Source: Tubulanus polymorphus
Taxonomy: Eukaryota; Animalia; Nemertea
Assembly (NCBI RefSeq): GCF_964204645.1
Contig: NC_134034.1
Span: forward strand, 10,614,962-10,678,961
Reading direction: 5' to 3'
DNA: 64,000 bases
Of this stretch, positions 62,201-64,000 are shown one piece after another. Within the stretch, counting starts at the first letter, position 1. Every line of letters starts with the position of its first letter. The notes under the pieces were generated by a model. It saw only the letters and a program-made list of their open reading frames with translations, did not search any database and was not told the origin of the DNA. A program made the position numbers and the translations under genes.

Positions 62201-64000
62201 CTATTCCATGATATTCAAACTATTCCATGTTGTTTCCCCTGACTATTCCCTGAAATGCGTGTTGTTTTCCCTGACTTAATCTGCTAAGAATCTGATCAAT
62301 AAGCACAGCCAAATACGCGAGACATTGACAGAAACTGATTGCATGCGTGATTGAATTAGGCTATCCCTGAATTTTTAGCTTTTTAAAATAATCTTTTCTT
62401 GAAGAAAAGAAAGTTCACTGACTTTACCCTGACTTCCAGGTAAGGGGCACCCTGCCGTGCGGTTGGTTCGTAAAGAAACTGGCGAATAAATCAAATAAAC
62501 AAGAAACGGAAAATCATCCCTATTTCACGATCGAACCTACCCGCCAACTATCGGCAAAATCTGTGACGCTTTCTTCGGGAAAACCGCCGCTAGGGGGCGT
62601 GAAATCGTCGTCCTGGTCGTTGTTGAACGTGCCGCACAGTCCGTAGACCTGACCGTGATGTTCTTCGTTCAGTTTCACGTACAGGCGTCTGCCGGCCTCG
62701 TGTACGATCTGTAAACCGGGTACGTCTTTCAATCGAATTATCTCGAACAGACCTTTGTGCGTGACGATCTTTTGAGAGCCTGAAAAATTCAGAAAATCCG
62801 TTTTTTCATCGTGACTAAAAGTGCACCGCGGTTATTTATCCTTTGAATAACTTCGATATCCGTGAAACGGAGTCTACTCTATGGTGTCATCCCCAAGGAT
62901 AACTCTGATACCCGGTCTATAAATCCGGGATAAAAGATTTATACCTAAGGATAACTCTAGTCTATAAAACCGGGGTTAAGGATTTATTCCTGGGGATAAC
63001 TTTGATACCCAGTCTATAAACTGTGCACTGGTTAAGGATTCATCCCATTGGATAATTTTGACACCTACACTGGGTACGGGTCGAAGTTAACTTTCATACC
63101 AAATTCATAAAACTGGGCCCAGGTTTAGGATAAATCCCAAGGGATAAATTTAATGCCCAGTATCTAAAACTGGTCCCAGGCTAAGGATATCTCCTTAGGG
63201 ATAAATTTGGTACTCGTTCTATGAAACCAGGTCTAAGTTTATGATTTATCCGAGAGCTAAGTGTCTCGAAGAATGTTTTGTTTCAATTGAAATTAAGAGC
63301 AATTAAGACACCAATTTTAAAGAGCGAAAAATTGAAAAAAATATATGGATCCCAGTTCCGCAGTTGTTAGATAGTTAAGATTCATTTTCAATGTTTTAAC
63401 TCTTGAGTTATATTCAACTTCAGTAAGAACGAAATAAGCACTTTCAGCGACTTACCGGTTTTGACGCTGATCGATTTGACGCAAGTGACGCCGGCGCCGC
63501 ACTTCGTAATATCGGCGATGATCGCGAATTTATGTGCGTTGTCCGGTTTGCTCTGCACGAGCACGTACGTGCATTCGCCTTCGAAATCGTAAACCTTTCC
63601 GTCGAACGTGATGTAGTGATTACCGCCGTAGACGGTGCACGTTCCCTGGCACTTCTTCTCGCGACAATTCCAGTTGCGATTCTGACACGTGCTGAATAAC
63701 ATTCATAAACGATCGATTTCGTCTAATTCTTTTGTAAAATTTCAAACGATTTTTGATAAATCGGTAAATAGGATTTTTCTTTTAAATTTTGACTTTGATT
63801 TTATTTTGCAAACTCACCAAGCTCGACACTCCTCTTCGAAACTCTCGCCGTTGTGGTAGTTTTTACCGTCGTGCGTACACGGGCAGTCGTCTTCGGCGAT
63901 GCAGGTGTCGCCCTCTTTAACGAAGCCCTCGTCGCACTGGCAGCCCGGCGAGCAGCGATCCGTCTCGCAGGTCGGTCGCGATTTCAGATTGCCGCACGTC
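35233..64000 (-). CDS. Gel-forming mucin / hemocytin-like protein (5' end outside window): TIL-VWD-C8-TIL, 7 CysD(WxxW), Thr/Pro-rich PTS, 2 F5/8 type C, TIL, LDLa, VWC-like modules, C-terminal cystine knot
   Basis: Exons read from splice sites: 63818->64000, 63456-63691, 62541-62779, 61671-61784, 61393-61561, 60678-60793, 60225-60406, 59351-59527, 58446-58642, 56277-58330, 55977-56181, 54513-54844, 53957-54101, 52509-53180, 50640-51921, 50046-50199, 49467-49746, 48952-49184, 48366-48573, 47510-47752, 46653-46727, 45830-45883, 44323-44487, (43338-43409 tentative), 42115-42431, 41579-41732, 40928-41011, 40304-40516, 39570-39616, 39013-39070, 38728-38810, 37808-38023, 37221-37352, 36705-36833, 36321-36372, 35233-35603. 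Motifs: [20 protein letters not shown] and GLCGTFN (VWD), [12 protein letters not shown] (C8), [23 protein letters not shown] (CysD), [16 protein letters not shown] (F5/8C), [21 protein letters not shown] (LDLa), [15 protein letters not shown] (cystine knot). Confidence 0.93.
35962..36241. mobile_element. piggyBac-like MITE (~280 bp, TTAA target duplication)
   Basis: TTAA-[ccctttcagtgc...gcactgaaaggg]-TTAA. Confidence 0.85.
38335..38700. repeat. 60 bp minisatellite, about 6 copies
   Basis: ttgagcggagtctactgtaccatccaactcagatatcactctcaagtcaaaagatccgac repeated at exact 60-bp period inside a mucin intron. Confidence 0.95.
42871..43229. mobile_element. Harbinger-like MITE
   Basis: TIR agccgcgttcacactag / ctagtgtgaacgccgct. 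Confidence 0.65.
44858..45112. mobile_element. Penelope-derived foldback retroelement with minimal hammerhead ribozyme (- strand, 44938-44978)
   Basis: Long inverted arms around CAC-CTGACGA-T-GATCTC-tagtgt-GAGATC-GAAA-CG-TC-GTG; 11-bp flanking duplication actatgctgta (44847-44857 and 45113-45123). Confidence 0.8.
46224..46504. mobile_element. piggyBac-like MITE, inserted into an older foldback
   Basis: Same family as 35962-36241; flanks gagagaaatcccacaat..ttctatagtaa and ttactatagaa..attgtgggatttctctc are mutually inverted. Confidence 0.8.
46750..47045 (-). mobile_element. L2-clade LINE 3' end
   Basis: [38 protein letters not shown] is the characteristic L2 ORF2 C-terminus, followed by a short 3' UTR and (TTA)n tail. 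Confidence 0.85.
47068..47387 (+). mobile_element. tRNA-derived CORE-type SINE with L2-like tail
   Basis: A box tggccgagtgg, B box ggttcgaaccc, CORE-like gtcctcaggcaagacactt...gtaaatggg, tail aaagcgctctgag..tagcgctatata..(att)n. Confidence 0.85.
50368..50621. mobile_element. Second Penelope-derived foldback with minimal hammerhead (- strand, 50449-50490)
   Basis: ACAC-CTGACGA-T-GATCT-gtagggtg-AGATC-GAAA-CG-TC-GTGT; 13-bp flanking duplication aggttttcatgca (50355-50367 and 50622-50634). Confidence 0.8.
52090..52345. repeat. Intronic minisatellite (cattttcaaaactaagagagtagtgacgtttagactcaattctatgagc)
   Basis: About 5 tandem copies. Confidence 0.85.
53241..53530. mobile_element. piggyBac-like MITE, diverged copy
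   Basis: ccctttcagtgc...caccgaaggg-TTAA with the family's internal sequence. Confidence 0.7.
53619..53899. mobile_element. piggyBac-like MITE
   Basis: TTAA-[ccctttcagtgc...gcactgcaaggg]-TTAA. Confidence 0.85.
54907..55190. mobile_element. piggyBac-like MITE
   Basis: ttag-[ccctttcagtgc...gcactgaaaggg]-TTAA. Confidence 0.85.
58727..59242. mobile_element. Nested piggyBac-like MITEs (inner copy 58921-59170 inside an oppositely oriented copy)
   Basis: Inner element bounded by TTAA on both sides; 58727-58916 and 59175-59242 are the two halves of a reverse-oriented copy. Confidence 0.75.
62890..63260. repeat. Degenerate intronic minisatellite (ggataact.tgatacccagtctataaa...)
   Basis: Recurrent ggataa...tctataaa...aggat motif, about 6-7 copies. 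Confidence 0.65.

Overview
Intron-rich animal genomic DNA, most likely an invertebrate (GT-AG introns, L2/CORE-SINE, Penelope-type hammerheads, a gel-forming mucin); the species cannot be determined from the sequence. The ORF track fragments the real genes, so exons were re-derived by reading splice sites. Left to right: (1) 3' part of a + strand gene with 11 single-EGF exons and two tandem GON domains (to 10601); (2) a bacterial-type CapA/PgsA (poly-gamma-glutamate-associated metallophosphoesterase) gene with a spliceosomal intron and an N-terminal membrane anchor (12454-14195), a strong horizontal-transfer candidate; (3) three tandem copies of a small secreted two-PAN/apple-domain gene in which domain 1 is about 50% diverged, domain 2 is almost invariant, and intron 1 holds a highly conserved, extensively base-paired block of about 300 nt; (4) an intronless class A GPCR between copies 2 and 3; (5) an ~8.5 kb tandem array of a ~1.3-1.45 kb unit built from a long inverted repeat plus tRNA-like subrepeats; (6) the 3' ~29 kb of a - strand gel-forming mucin/hemocytin-like gene (TIL, VWD, C8, seven CysD, PTS, two F5/8C, LDLa, VWC-like, cystine knot). 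Introns are crowded with MITEs, minisatellites and small retroelements, including foldbacks carrying minimal hammerhead ribozymes.
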